In this document: positions 63,826 through 64,000 of the stretch, piece by piece
How the letters are laid out: each line of letters starts with the position of its first letter
Position numbering within the stretch: the stretch's first letter is position 1
From: Heptranchias perlo
Lineage: Eukaryota
DNA length: 64,000 nt
Assembly: GCF_035084215.1 (NCBI RefSeq)
Contig: NC_090358.1
Location: 15,686,001-15,750,000 of the forward strand
Direction: 5' to 3'
Made by a program: the position numbers and the translations under genes
Notes under the pieces: model-generated
The model's input: only the letters and a program-made list of their open reading frames with translations
The model's database searches: none
What the model was told of the DNA's origin: nothing

Positions 63826-64000
63826 TACAGAAGTTAAGTTGAGTATAAGATGATAATGAATTATGTGTACCCCGATTTTCAGCACATACGCTCGCCAGTA
63901 GTTTCCATACTTTGAGGCGTCAGTCAAGCAGTTTGATATTCCACTCTAAAACAGAGTTAACACTACTTCCTGACAACATTGTATAAACTAAAGTGAAGCC

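Noticed and set aside
1-64000. Most remaining short ORFs in the six-frame track; CRISPR, tRNA or rRNA genes
   Set aside because: The ORFs are antisense or out-of-frame shadows of LINEs and exons, or random; there is no repeat-spacer array; tRNA-like segments are SINE heads

Overview
Eukaryotic vertebrate genomic DNA. The repeat complement suggests a cartilaginous fish such as a shark (inference). Two convergent multi-exon genes are present. ADAM10 is on the + strand: 12 coding exons, equivalent to human exons 5-16 (20086-42964), including the [12 protein letters not shown] zinc motif. Hepatic lipase LIPC is on the - strand: exons 5-9 (63349-47878). Exon numbers follow the human genes as I recall them. 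Introns contain CR1 LINEs, a second APE/RT LINE family, DeuSINE-like and other SINEs, MITE-like palindromes and Penelope-like palindromic remnants with minimal hammerhead ribozymes. Main oddities: (1) the LIPC exon-6 acceptor reads CG instead of AG, and the three nearby in-frame AGs would each change lid length; (2) a Penelope palindrome whose loop is a copy of unique DNA 1.27 kb upstream; (3) an intact minimal hammerhead; (4) several fold-back duplications; (5) ADAM10 has RKPR at the pro/catalytic boundary and a poly-Q tail. No prokaryotic features or CRISPR arrays were seen.
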